DNA of 55,820 bases from Gammaproteobacteria bacterium (GTDB lineage Bacteria > Pseudomonadota > Gammaproteobacteria > Ga0077536), in NCBI GenBank assembly GCA_030833185.1, contig JAURHQ010000005.1, forward strand, positions 1 to 55,820, written 5' to 3'. Each line of letters opens with the position of its first letter. Position 1 is the first letter of the stretch. The notes beneath the pieces are model-generated. The model was not told the origin of the DNA. It did no database searches and was given only the letters and a program-made list of their open reading frames with translations. The translations under genes were made by a program, and so were the position numbers. Shown piece by piece: positions 1-9,933 of the stretch.

Positions 1-1119
1 GAAGCGGCCGCGGAACAGCGGATGAAACTTCATGAAGCCGGCCCAGGCTTCGTCGAAAAGAATGTAGTCGCAGAGATGCCCAATGCGGCGTATGACTTCC
101 TCGGCCGAGTAGATGGTGCCGTCGTAGGTGCACTGTTCGACAACGGCGGCGCGAAACGGCCGCGGGCGATCGGCCATGGATTTGTCGGTGACCAGCGGGT
201 TGGCGCGAATTGCCTCGCGCAGGCGGTCTTCGTCCAGCGCTTCCAGCCGCATCGGCCCGATGAGGCCGTAGGCATTGCGCTCGGTTTCGACAAACACCGG
301 CACCGCGCCGCCCAGAAACAGCGCCCCGTGGTGCGCGGCCTTGTGATTGTTGCGGTCGAACAGCACCAGATCGCCTTCTGCCAGCAGCGCCGACAGCACC
401 ACCTTGTTGGAGGTCGAGGTGCCGTTCAACACGAAGTAGGTTCGCTCCGCGCCGAAGATGACGGCGGCCTCACGCTCGGCCCGCTCGGCCGGTCCTTCGT
501 GGGTCAGCAAGTCGCCGAGCTGCAGCACGGAGTTGTCCAGATCGTCGCGAAACACCGCCTCGCCCAGATGCTCGACAAAGATTCGCCCAATCGGGCTGCG
601 ACGATAGAACACGCCACCGTTATGGCCCGGACAGGTCCACAGCATATTGCCCTGCTCGGCGTAGTCGACCAGCGCGCCGAAGAACGGCGTCTTCAGGCTC
701 TCGGCGTATTGCCGCAGGCGCGAGACCAGATTCTTGGCGATGAAATCAGGCGTTTCCTCGGCCAGGAACATGAAGCCGTCGACGTCGTCCAGCACTTCGA
801 CCGGAATGTCTTCCAGCCGATGGCGGCCGCGCACCAGCACAATCACGGGCACGTCGAGCCCCCGCTTGCGGGTCAGCGAGATGAGCTGCGCCGCCTTGCC
901 CTGCAGGCCTTTGCGGCCCCAGTCGACGATCAGACAGCCAATGGCCGCGTCGGTCCGCACCACCAGTTCGGCGTCATCGTCGCGCCGCGCGCGCAGCACC
1001 TGATAACCGTCCTGCTCAATTTCCTGAATGATCTGGCTGAGGCGCGCGCCCTCCAGATCGGAATCACCCTCAAAGTTGCGGGCACAGACGAGGAATTTGA
1101 AACGACGGGAATATTCCAT
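1..1119 (-). CDS. Orn/Lys/Arg decarboxylase (fold-I PLP, wing domain), runs off the left edge
   Basis: Absent from the ORF track because it has no stop in the window. Hand translation from ATG 1119 (RBS CAGGAG): MEYSRRFKFLVC...WTCPGHNGG...LGDLLTHEGP...TYFVLNGTSTSNK...DRNNHK...CTYDG...LFDEAWAGF, the family signature motifs. Confidence 0.93.
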   Translation of the reverse strand, partial: MEYSRRFKFLVCARNFEGDSDLEGARLSQIIQEIEQDGYQVLRARRDDDAELVVRTDAAIGCLIVDWGRKGLQGKAAQLISLTRKRGLDVPVIVLVRGRHRLEDIPVEVLDDVDGFMFLAEETPDFIAKNLVSRLRQYAESLKTPFFGALVDYAEQGNMLWTCPGHNGGVFYRRSPIGRIFVEHLGEAVFRDDLDNSVLQLGDLLTHEGPAERAEREAAVIFGAERTYFVLNGTSTSNKVVLSALLAEGDLVLFDRNNHKAAHHGALFLGGAVPVFVETERNAYGLIGPMRLEALDEDRLREAIRANPLVTDKSMADRPRPFRAAVVEQCTYDGTIYSAEEVIRRIGHLCDYILFDEAWAGFMKFHPLFRGRF

Positions 1120-1242
1120 TGGGGCTCCTGTAGCGAGGACGGCCGGATGAGGCCAGCGTGAGAGAGACAGCAGGTCGCGGCCGCAGCCGCGAGGCGCGGA
1201 GTATAGAGGCTGACACGCGTTTGTTTAGTGACGAGGGGAAGA

Positions 1243-2535
1243 TCAGGCCGGATCCGGCCGGCGAACCGGCTGGCCGAAATCCGGGTCGCTGCTGAGCTTG
1301 CGGGCCACGGTGCCAGGCGGGTGGCTGAACCAGCCGGGATCGCGAAAATCACCCGCCGCCAAATCGTCGCGCACCTTCAGAACGGTGAACATCCCGCCCA
1401 TATCGAGCGGGCCGAACGGTCCTTTGCCGCCCATCATGGGCACGGTATTGGGCGGGCCTTTCATCATGCCCATCGCCACGTGTTCGCTGTGCTCCGCCAT
1501 CCCGGTCTGGCCCATGGGCATGTAGCCCGGCAGGGCCTCGCGCACGGCCTTGCCCAGGCCGCGCAAATCGGCGCCTACAAAATTGGGGAGGTCGTGGCCC
1601 ATCGCGTTCATCGCGTGATGCCCTTTGTGGCAGTGAAAGGCCCAGTCCCCGGCCACCGCCTCGAATTCGATGTCACGCACCTGGCCCACGCCGACCAGCG
1701 TGGTGACTTCGCTGTGCCATTGGCTTTCTGGCCAGCGCCCGCCGTCGCCGCCCGTCACCTGAAACCGCACGCCGTGCAAATGCATCGGGTGCTCGTGCAT
1801 CGAGAGATTGGCGATGCGAATCCGCACCCGCTCGCCGGTGCGCGCCACCATCGGCTCGATGGCTGGAAACATCCGGCTGTTCATGGTCCAGAGATTGAAG
1901 TCCGTCATCACCGACGGATCTGGCCGCCAGGTGCCGGGATGCAGCGCCCAGTTGGCGAGCAGCAGGGCGTAATCCCGGTGAATGGGCCGCGGCTCGCCGG
2001 CTCGCGGGTGAATAATGAACAAGCCCATCATGCCAAAGCTGACCTGCACCACTTCGTCGGCGTGCGGATGGTAGAAGTGAGAGCCGGCGTCCTGCAGGGT
2101 GAACTCATAGGCGTAGGTCTCGCCCGGCCGGATCGGCGGATGCGACAGACCGGCAACGCCGTCCATGCCGCTCGGCAGACGCAGACCGTGCCAGTGCACG
2201 GACGTCACTTCGGGCAGGCGATTGGTGACGAGTATGCGCACCCGGTCACCTTCTACCGCTTCGATAGTGGGGCCCGGCGTGCTGCCGTTATAGCCCCAGC
2301 ATTTCGCGGTACAGCCGGGCGCAAATTCGTGAGTGAGTTCCTCGGCGACCAGATGGAACTCCTTCACGCCGTCGCGCAGCCGGTAAGGCAGGGTCCAGCC
2401 GTTCAGGGTGCGCACCGGTGCCACGGCATGGCCCGCGTCGCCGGCCAGGGTGGCCGCCTCAACGGACCCTGATTTGAGCAGACCCAGCGCACTGCCCAGT
2501 GCGCCCAGCGACAACAGTCCACGTCGCGAGATCAC
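1243..2535 (-). CDS. Tat-exported multicopper oxidase (CopA-like)
   Basis: Twin-arginine signal SRRGLL; copper motifs HWH, HPH, HPMHLH, HCHKGHH; Met-rich C-terminal segment. Confidence 0.92.
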   Translation of the reverse strand: MISRRGLLSLGALGSALGLLKSGSVEAATLAGDAGHAVAPVRTLNGWTLPYRLRDGVKEFHLVAEELTHEFAPGCTAKCWGYNGSTPGPTIEAVEGDRVRILVTNRLPEVTSVHWHGLRLPSGMDGVAGLSHPPIRPGETYAYEFTLQDAGSHFYHPHADEVVQVSFGMMGLFIIHPRAGEPRPIHRDYALLLANWALHPGTWRPDPSVMTDFNLWTMNSRMFPAIEPMVARTGERVRIRIANLSMHEHPMHLHGVRFQVTGGDGGRWPESQWHSEVTTLVGVGQVRDIEFEAVAGDWAFHCHKGHHAMNAMGHDLPNFVGADLRGLGKAVREALPGYMPMGQTGMAEHSEHVAMGMMKGPPNTVPMMGGKGPFGPLDMGGMFTVLKVRDDLAAGDFRDPGWFSHPPGTVARKLSSDPDFGQPVRRPDPA

Positions 2536-3902
2536 GGCTGCCCCTTTGCGGCCGGTGCGCGCCGGGCGCCGATGGCCCGGGTCAACTCAACCCGCGCCAG
2601 CCAGTAGTCCCGCGCCGCCTCCAGCGCCTGTTGGCGGGCCTCAAGCAGCAGCTGGCGGGCGCGGATCAGTTCGAACGGACTTTGCAGCATGTAATTCACT
2701 TCCTCACGCGTGCGGTCGTATACGGCCTGACGGGCAGGAATCAATTCGTTGTGGAGGGCGTCGCTGCGCCGGTAGGCCTCGACCACCCGTTGGCTGGCCT
2801 GACGCACCGCAAGCTGCACGGCAAGTTCGAGCGAGCGCAGCTCGCTTTGCGCCAGCGCGAGCTGCGCCTCGGCCCGCGTCAGCTTGCCCTTGCCCTGATT
2901 AAAAATGGGCAGCTCCAGCGCAAGGCTGGGACCGGTGATCCGCGTGCGGTCGGTGCCGCGTTCGGTTTCTACGCCCACCGTGGTCTCGCCGAGGTAGCGC
3001 CAGCGGTGGGCCTCCTTGAGGCTATCCGCCAGCAGCGCTGCCTCACGTCGGCGCGAATCCAGATCGAGCCGGGTATTCAAGGCCTCGGTGGTAAGTGCAT
3101 CGGCGTCGGGGCTCATGGGCTCCGGCTGCGGCAACTCGCCCGCCGTCTGCCAGGCGACGCCTGCCGCAGGCGCCCCCAGCAGGGCCTCAAGCTCGGCGCG
3201 AGCTTGCCTCACCGCGCTGGCCGCCGTCGCCGCCGCCAGCGCTTCGCTGCCGGCTGCGGCCCGGGTTTCCGCGAGCTCACGTGCACTGACGTTGCCGGCC
3301 TTGAACAAGCGCCCGGACAGTTCAAACGCCAGACCTGCCGCATCCGCCTGCTCGGCGCGGAGCGCAGCAACCTGCTCGGCCCCGCGCAAGCTGTACCAGG
3401 CCGCTTCGGCATCGGCGGCCAGCTTGAGGATAGCCTGCGCCGCATCGGCCTGTGCCCGCGCGAACTCGCCGCCGGCCAAGCGTCGACGCGCTGGCAACAG
3501 CAAGAGATCGCTCAGCCGCTGCGCCACCCCGAAGGTCACCTGGTTGGCGGCCCCGGCGGCGTCCGGCGTCATCACCGCGACTGAGAACTGCGGGTTGCTG
3601 AGACGGCCGGCGTCGTAGACCTCGGCGGCTGCCAAACCGAGCCGCGCGTACTCGCCCTGAACCTGCGGGTTATAGCGCAGCGTCAGCGCGACCGCACGTG
3701 CCGCATCTATCGGCTCGTCCAGCAGCAGGGAGGCTTCCGGGGTTTCAGCCTCCGTGAGCGCTGCCGGCGCGGTGACGCCGCGGGCTTCAGTCAGTGCCTG
3801 CACCTCGGCGACGCCGCGCCCGGCGGGGAGATTGGCGCACGCCGTGAGCAGGCTCAGACCGAGCGCGCCGAACGTCCGTCGCCAAATATCAGTCACGCTC
3901 AT
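2532..3902 (-). CDS. TolC-family outer membrane lipoprotein (copper-resistance associated)
   Basis: Likely start ATG 3902 (MSVTDIWRR); lipobox LLTAC; helical OEP repeats, LELPIFNQG; 4-bp overlap with the oxidase gene. Confidence 0.88.
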   Translation of the reverse strand: MSVTDIWRRTFGALGLSLLTACANLPAGRGVAEVQALTEARGVTAPAALTEAETPEASLLLDEPIDAARAVALTLRYNPQVQGEYARLGLAAAEVYDAGRLSNPQFSVAVMTPDAAGAANQVTFGVAQRLSDLLLLPARRRLAGGEFARAQADAAQAILKLAADAEAAWYSLRGAEQVAALRAEQADAAGLAFELSGRLFKAGNVSARELAETRAAAGSEALAAATAASAVRQARAELEALLGAPAAGVAWQTAGELPQPEPMSPDADALTTEALNTRLDLDSRRREAALLADSLKEAHRWRYLGETTVGVETERGTDRTRITGPSLALELPIFNQGKGKLTRAEAQLALAQSELRSLELAVQLAVRQASQRVVEAYRRSDALHNELIPARQAVYDRTREEVNYMLQSPFELIRARQLLLEARQQALEAARDYWLARVELTRAIGARRAPAAKGQP

Positions 3903-3930
3903 TACAGGCCCTCGTTCCGGTCTCGTTTGT

Positions 3931-3963
3931 ACCTTGGACCCTTGCGCCGAGGGTGGCAAGGTT
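3931..3963 (-). promoter_or_regulatory. Possible MerR/CueR-like dyad upstream of the copper operon
   Basis: Minus strand ACCTTGCCACCCTCGGCGCAAGGGT; arms resemble CueR boxes but the spacing is longer than canonical. Confidence 0.25.
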
Positions 3964-4107
3964 TCCCGTGAAAGGTGTGCTTCTGGGCACATTACGCGGG
4001 GTATGGATGCCCAGATTAGCGCGCTCGAGACGGGTCGGATCAAATCCTTCTCAGGGCATGTCAGACTGCCCGCTCGTTGATAAAAATCTGCTGAGGGGGA
4101 GACACAG

Positions 4108-4983
4108 ATGGAAATCGGATTCTTGCTGCCAGCGACTAATCAATCTGGCGACTTGCCCACCCTGGCCCGCCGCGTCGAGGCGCTGGGCTTCGACTCGCTG
4201 TGGATTCCGGAACATCCCATCATTCCTCGAGGCGAACATACGCCCTACCCCTTTGGTGGCCCGCTGCCCGAACACTACGGCCGCTGGTGGGATCCTTTCG
4301 TCGCCCTGACGGTCGCCGCCGCGGTGACCAACCGCATCAAACTCGCCACCGGCATCTGCCTGCTGCCGGAGCGCGAGCCGATGGTCACCGCCAAAGTCAT
4401 TGCCAGTCTTGATGTGTATTCCGCCGGTCGCGTAATTCTGGGGATCGGGGCTGGCTGGCTGCGCGAGGAAACGGAGATCATGGGCGCCAATTTTGCGACC
4501 CGTTGGCAGCGCACCCGCGAGATGACCGAAGCCATGCGCGTGCTGTGGACCGAGGAGAACGCGAGCTATCAGGGCAAGCAGATCAGCTTTCCGGCGGTGC
4601 GCAGCGAGCCAAAACCCCTGCAGGCCGGCGGGCCGCCGGTGGTGCTGGGCGGGCACGGCGAGAAGTCCCTGCGCCGCATTGCCAAGCACTACGACGGCTG
4701 GTGCCCGCTGACCAACGATCCGGTCGAGTTCGCGCGCGAAGCGAAAGAACTGAAAGAGATGTTCCGCGCTGAAGGCCGCGACCCGGCCAAGCTGATGCTT
4801 ACCCCGTTCGTCGACCCCGAAAACGGCAAGCTGTCGGACGCGTCGCTGAAGGCCTTCCGCGACGCCGGCGCGCAGCGGCTGGTGATGTTCTACGCCTGGC
4901 AGACGCAGGAACTGGCCGACGGCGCTGCGCCGTTCATTGAGATGGCGGCCAATATCGTCGAACGCGCCCGCGCGCTGAGCTAG
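4108..4983 (+). CDS. LLM-class, probably F420-dependent, oxidoreductase
   Basis: GFDSLWIPEH, DPFVALTVAAAVT, AKVIASLD, LGIGAGWLREE motifs. Confidence 0.85.
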   Translation: MEIGFLLPATNQSGDLPTLARRVEALGFDSLWIPEHPIIPRGEHTPYPFGGPLPEHYGRWWDPFVALTVAAAVTNRIKLATGICLLPEREPMVTAKVIASLDVYSAGRVILGIGAGWLREETEIMGANFATRWQRTREMTEAMRVLWTEENASYQGKQISFPAVRSEPKPLQAGGPPVVLGGHGEKSLRRIAKHYDGWCPLTNDPVEFAREAKELKEMFRAEGRDPAKLMLTPFVDPENGKLSDASLKAFRDAGAQRLVMFYAWQTQELADGAAPFIEMAANIVERARALS

Positions 4984-5447
4984 AGGAAGCGCTCCAGAAA
5001 CCGGCGGCTCCGCGCGTCGAGCGCCGCGGGGTCGTCGATCATCAACTGAAGGCCGTGGCTGTCGCTGATCAGGAGGCGGCCACGGTCGATACGGCGGATA
5101 TCCTCCTCCGCTTTCAGCGTCATGCTGGTCGGCCCACGGTCGGTGCTGAGCTGCCAGACGCTGGGCGTCGCAAACGTAGAGACGGATTCAATCGCGAGAA
5201 TTCGCGGCATGAATTCACGCGGGGCGAGCTCTTCCAGAATCAACGCCCGCGCCGGTTCCGGTACCTCGTCCAGACGGTCGATCGACAGCAACTCCTTGCC
5301 GAAAGCGGAGACCAGCGCCAGAAACTCGTTCGGCGCGCTGAGCGGGAAGGCCCGCACCGGCTGCACGCCTTCGTGGACGGTGCCATCAGCCAGCGTCAGT
5401 ACCAGTCGGCCGCGCGGCGTACGCGTGAGGCTGAACGTTTTGGTCAT
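4980..5447 (-). CDS. DUF1854-family protein (cyanophycin-locus associated)
   Basis: PVRAFP, REFMP, TDRG, SRRFLERFL; 4-bp overlap with the ABC exporter. Confidence 0.85.
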   Translation of the reverse strand: MTKTFSLTRTPRGRLVLTLADGTVHEGVQPVRAFPLSAPNEFLALVSAFGKELLSIDRLDEVPEPARALILEELAPREFMPRILAIESVSTFATPSVWQLSTDRGPTSMTLKAEEDIRRIDRGRLLISDSHGLQLMIDDPAALDARSRRFLERFL

Positions 5448-7681
5448 GCCTGCGCCTCCTCAGCCTGCTGGCGGGTCTGGGCCTCGTAGAGCCTGGCGTA
5501 AATGCCGTCTTTGGCGATCAAGGCGTCGTGGTTGCCGACTTCCACCACCCGCCCGCGCTCCAGCACCACCAGGCGGTCGGCCTTGCGCAAGGTGGACAGC
5601 CGATGCGCCACCGCGATTGTGGTCCGGCCCCGCACCAGATTTTCCAGCGCCTTCTGGATTTCCTTTTCGGTCTCCGTATCCACCGAGGAGGTCGCCTCGT
5701 CGAGGATGAGAATGCGCGGGTCGATCAGCAGCGCGCGCGCAATGGAAATCCGCTGGCGCTCGCCGCCCGACAGTCCCTGCCCCCGCTCGCCAACCAGCGA
5801 GTCGTAGGCGTGCGGCAGCCGCAGGATGAAGTCATGCGCGTGGGCGGCGCGGGCGGCGGCGACGATTTCATCCCGGGTGGCGCCGGGTTTGCCGTAGGCG
5901 ATGTTGTCGGCCACGGTGCCAAAGAACAGGAAGGGTTCCTGCAGCACAAGGCCAATGTGTTTACGGAACCCGTGCAGGGAAAGCTCGCGGATATCCACGC
6001 CCTCAAGCTGGATTTCGCCCTCGGCCACGTCGTAGAAACGACACATGAGGTTAACCAGCGTGCTCTTGCCGGAGCCGCTCTGGCCGACGAGCCCGATCAT
6101 TTCGCCCGGCGCAATCTCCAGCGACACGTCGCGCAGCACCTGCCGGTTGCCATAGCGAAAGCCGACGTTGCGCAGCGCGATGCGCCCGGTGACGGTGGGC
6201 AGCGTGACCGGATGCTGCGGTTCCGGCACCGAGGAGACGTGGTCCAGCACGTCGAAAATCCGCTTCGCGGCGGCGGCCGCCTTCTGGGTATGCGCGACAA
6301 TCCGGCTCATGGAATCGAGCCGGGTGTAGAAGCGCCCGATGTAGGCGAGGAAGGCCGTCAACACGCCGACCGTGATTTCGTGATGCGCAATCTGGGTGAT
6401 GCCGAAGGCCCACACCACCAGCAGGCCAACCTCGGTTAGCAGGGTCACGGTCGGCGAGAACAGGCCCCAGAGCTTGTTAAGCCGGTCGTTCAGCGCGAGG
6501 TTGTACTGATTGGCAGCCAGAAAGCGCTTGCTCTCGCGGTCCTCCTGGGCGAAGGCTTTCACCACGCGGATGCCCGGGATGGTATCCGACAGGACGTTGG
6601 TCACTTCCGACCAGACCCGCATCAGCTTGTCGAAGCCGGTACGCAGCCGGTCCCGCACCACGTGGATCATCCAGCCGATAATCGGCAGCGGCAGCAGCGT
6701 GGTCAGCGCCAGCCAGGGATTGATGCTGAACAGGATGGCGGCGGTCATCATGATGACCAGCACGTCGGTCAGAAACTCCAGCGCGTGCAGCGACAGGAAC
6801 AGACAGATCCGGTCGGACTCCGAACCCAGCCGGCTGATTAAGTCCCCGGTGCGCTTGCCGCCGAAGTATTCCAGCGACAGCCCCAGCAGGTGGTTAAACG
6901 TGGTGGTCCGCAGGTCTGCCCCGATCCGCTCGGACACCAGCGCCAGCAGATAGGTCTTGGCCCAGCCCAACACCCAGGCCAGCAGGGCGGCACAAAGCAG
7001 CCCGCCCAGATATAGAATCACCTTGTTGACGTCGATGGGCGTCCCGTTCTGGAAGGGAATCAGCACCTCGTCCATCAAGGGCATGGTGAGATACGGCGGG
7101 ATCAAGGTGGCGAACGTCGCCAACAACGTAAAAACGAATCCAGAAAAAAGCTGTAAACGATAGGGCCGGGCAAAGCGCCAGAGCCGGAGCAGCGTTCGGG
7201 AAGAGGGGGGAGCGGCGAGTTCCCGGGCACACACCGGGCACACGCCAGAGACGGGATCGAGCGGACCGAGGCACTCAGGGCAGAGCGCCACGGGTTCTTG
7301 CTCGGTATCGCCGTCAGCGCGTAAACGCGCCAGTTCGGACACAAAATGTGTGGCGGCGACCGCCCTGCCCAAGGTAAATCGCAGCAGGTCGGTGCGCGTG
7401 TCGCCACGCATGAACTCCAACTGGCCCACGCCTGCGTGGTCGGTCTGCCGCAGGCTTAATGTGTCGTCCAGCCCCCACTCCCGCGTCTGTTCATCCTGCG
7501 TTAAATGAAGGATGCGGATATTGCTCAGCACAGCCAGTCCGTCCGCATAGCGGAGGTCGGGCGTGAGGTCGGTTTCGAAGCAGGCGCGCACGGATTCGTC
7601 GGGACCCAGCAGGGCATCAATCCGCTGCCGCCATACCGTGGGCAGTAAATTCAATGAGACAGCATGCTTATTTTCAGCCAT
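5444..7681 (-). CDS. Cyanophycin-associated ABC exporter (fused TMD+NBD) with N-terminal extension
   Basis: Walker A GQSGSGKS, signature LSGGERQR, Walker B ILILDEATS, H-loop AHRLST; transmembrane domain; N-terminal CxxC-x10-CxxC. Confidence 0.92.
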   Translation of the reverse strand: MAENKHAVSLNLLPTVWRQRIDALLGPDESVRACFETDLTPDLRYADGLAVLSNIRILHLTQDEQTREWGLDDTLSLRQTDHAGVGQLEFMRGDTRTDLLRFTLGRAVAATHFVSELARLRADGDTEQEPVALCPECLGPLDPVSGVCPVCARELAAPPSSRTLLRLWRFARPYRLQLFSGFVFTLLATFATLIPPYLTMPLMDEVLIPFQNGTPIDVNKVILYLGGLLCAALLAWVLGWAKTYLLALVSERIGADLRTTTFNHLLGLSLEYFGGKRTGDLISRLGSESDRICLFLSLHALEFLTDVLVIMMTAAILFSINPWLALTTLLPLPIIGWMIHVVRDRLRTGFDKLMRVWSEVTNVLSDTIPGIRVVKAFAQEDRESKRFLAANQYNLALNDRLNKLWGLFSPTVTLLTEVGLLVVWAFGITQIAHHEITVGVLTAFLAYIGRFYTRLDSMSRIVAHTQKAAAAAKRIFDVLDHVSSVPEPQHPVTLPTVTGRIALRNVGFRYGNRQVLRDVSLEIAPGEMIGLVGQSGSGKSTLVNLMCRFYDVAEGEIQLEGVDIRELSLHGFRKHIGLVLQEPFLFFGTVADNIAYGKPGATRDEIVAAARAAHAHDFILRLPHAYDSLVGERGQGLSGGERQRISIARALLIDPRILILDEATSSVDTETEKEIQKALENLVRGRTTIAVAHRLSTLRKADRLVVLERGRVVEVGNHDALIAKDGIYARLYEAQTRQQAEEAQA

Positions 7682-7743
7682 TGCCCATCTTATCCCGTGA
7701 GCCGCCTCCTGCGGTCGCTTTGTATGACAAAAGTGAACCTGCC

Positions 7744-9888
7744 ATGAGCCGGCACGACATCCGTATCCTCGACATCACGGTGCTGCGCGGCCCCAATCGC
7801 TGGTCGTATAAAAGCGCCATCGAAGCGCTGGTCGACATCGGCGACCTTGAAGAATGTCCTTCCAATACCCTGCCCGGCTTCGTCGAGCGGCTGACCGCCT
7901 GGCTCCCGGGTCTGTACAAGCATGAGTGCAGCTATGAAGCCCCCGGCGGCTTTGTGCGGCGCCTCGAAGAAGGCACCTGGGTTGGGCACATTCTTGAACA
8001 CGTCACGCTGGAAATTCAGACCCGCATCGGACACCCCGTCGGCTTTGGCCGCGCCCGCAGCACGGCCACCGTGGGCGTCTACCACGTGGTGGTGCGCATT
8101 GCGCAGGAAGACCTGACCCGCGCCTGTCTGTTGAAGGCCCGTGAACTCATTCTGGCCGCCATCCACGACGAGTCTTTTGATCTGCCGGGTACGCTGGCCG
8201 AACTGCGTGCGCTGGCGGATGAAAAAACCCTCGGCCCGACCACCGCCACCATCGTGGAAGCGGCGCGCGCCGCGCGCATCCCGGTGGCGCCGCTGGAGCA
8301 TGGCAATCTGGTGCTGTTTGGCTTTGGCGCGCGTCAGCGTCGCATCTGGACCGCCGAAACCGACCGCACCTCGGCGATCGCGGAGAGCATCGCGCAGGAC
8401 AAGGATCTGGCCAAGGAAATGCTGGTCCGCTACGGCATTCCGGTGCCCGAAGGCCGCATCGTGCGCAAGGTCGACCCCACATGGGAGGCCGCGCAGGATT
8501 TAGGTCTGCCGGTCGTGATTAAACCGGCCGAGGGCAGTCGCGGCGTGGCCGTCTCGCTCGCGCTGAGTACTTATGAGGAGGTGGCGAGCGCCTTCAAGCT
8601 GTCGCAGACCATCCAGAACGCCGTCATCGTCGAACGCTTCATCGAAGGCACAGAGTATCGCTTGCTGGTGGTCGACAACCGCGTGGTTGCCGCGACCGGC
8701 GCGGTGGAATTCACGGTGACCGGCAATGGTCGCTACAGCCTGCGCGCGCTGGTTGCAGCCACCGTGGGCGGCGATGACGCCGACCTGTGGATGGCCGATA
8801 CCGTTGCCGACCACCCGACCTTCAAGCTCGCTCTGCTGCGGCAAGGCGTGGAACTGGATGCCGTGTTGCCGGCCGGCAAAACGGTCACCCTGCCCCGCGC
8901 CGCCAAGATGGGCGAAGACGTGCTGGCCCGGGTGCACCCGGACACGCTGGATATGGCGCGCCTTGCGGTGCGCGTGGTGGGTCTGGACATCGCCGGCGTC
9001 GACATCGTGGCGAAAGACATCAGCCAGCCCCTGACCGCGCAGGACGGCGCGATTATCGAAGTGAACGCCGGCCCCTCCTTGCCGACGCACTTGCGCACGC
9101 CCGGCGACGCGGCCAACGAAGCCGGCACGGCAATCGTTCGGCATCTCTTTCCGGAAGGCGAAACCGGCCGCATTCCAATCATTGGCATCACGGGCTGCTC
9201 TGACACCAACAGCGTGGCCGGCATGCTGGGCTTCCTGCTGCATCTCCACGGGCAGTCGGTGGGCGTTGCCTGCGGCAGCGGTACGTTCCTCGGCCAGCGC
9301 TGCATTCGCCGCGGCGATGGCGCCAACTGGACGGCCGGTCAGCGGGTGCTGATCAACCGCACGGTGAATGCGGCCGTACTCGAAACCTCACCCGCCAGCC
9401 TGCTGCGCGAAGGCCTGCCCTACGACCGCTGTCAGGTGGGGGTGGTGACTGGCGTTAGCGTGCCGGCGGCGCTGAATCGCTACGGCATCAACGAGCCGGC
9501 GCAAATGGCGCATGTGCTGCGCACCCAGATCGATGTGGTGCTGGGCGACGGCGTGGCGGTGCTCAACGCCGACGACCCGCTGGTGTTGGCGATGGCTGAA
9601 CACGCCGACGGCGAGGTGATGCTCTACGCCCGCGACGGCGCGAATGCCGCCATTGCGGAAAGCCTTGCCCGCGGCGCCCGCGCGGTGTTTCTGGAAGGGG
9701 ATGCGCTGGTATTTGCGAGCGGCAGCGAACACCACCGTCACCTGCTGGCGCCGTGCGTCAACGCCGGGGACTGTCTGCCGGCGGCAGCTGCCGCTTGGGC
9801 GCTCGAGATTCCCTTTGACCTTATCGTCGGCGCGATCATCGGCTATCCGTCGGCGCTTATTGATCTGGCCGTCCCGGCCGCCGGCTGA
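7744..9888 (+). CDS. cphA: Cyanophycin synthetase-like paralogue (short, CphA'-type)
   Basis: Likely start ATG 7744; LRGPN, HEC..GHILEH, ATP-grasp remnants (VIKP, EVNAGP); Mur-ligase P-loop degenerate (GCSDTNS); C-terminus truncated. Confidence 0.88.
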   Translation: MSRHDIRILDITVLRGPNRWSYKSAIEALVDIGDLEECPSNTLPGFVERLTAWLPGLYKHECSYEAPGGFVRRLEEGTWVGHILEHVTLEIQTRIGHPVGFGRARSTATVGVYHVVVRIAQEDLTRACLLKARELILAAIHDESFDLPGTLAELRALADEKTLGPTTATIVEAARAARIPVAPLEHGNLVLFGFGARQRRIWTAETDRTSAIAESIAQDKDLAKEMLVRYGIPVPEGRIVRKVDPTWEAAQDLGLPVVIKPAEGSRGVAVSLALSTYEEVASAFKLSQTIQNAVIVERFIEGTEYRLLVVDNRVVAATGAVEFTVTGNGRYSLRALVAATVGGDDADLWMADTVADHPTFKLALLRQGVELDAVLPAGKTVTLPRAAKMGEDVLARVHPDTLDMARLAVRVVGLDIAGVDIVAKDISQPLTAQDGAIIEVNAGPSLPTHLRTPGDAANEAGTAIVRHLFPEGETGRIPIIGITGCSDTNSVAGMLGFLLHLHGQSVGVACGSGTFLGQRCIRRGDGANWTAGQRVLINRTVNAAVLETSPASLLREGLPYDRCQVGVVTGVSVPAALNRYGINEPAQMAHVLRTQIDVVLGDGVAVLNADDPLVLAMAEHADGEVMLYARDGANAAIAESLARGARAVFLEGDALVFASGSEHHRHLLAPCVNAGDCLPAAAAAWALEIPFDLIVGAIIGYPSALIDLAVPAAG

Positions 9889-9933
9889 ACCCGCTTACGC
9901 CATACGACCCGAAATTAAAGGGCTTGAACGCTG

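Noticed and set aside
22-1161. 379-aa plus-strand ORF
   Set aside because: Antisense shadow of the minus-strand decarboxylase.
1228-3584. Long plus-strand ORFs (414 and 361 aa), and similar ones at 15686-17098, 19315-20223, 29879-30958 and 38842-39837
   Set aside because: Shadows of well-supported opposite-strand genes, typical of high-GC DNA; no motifs.
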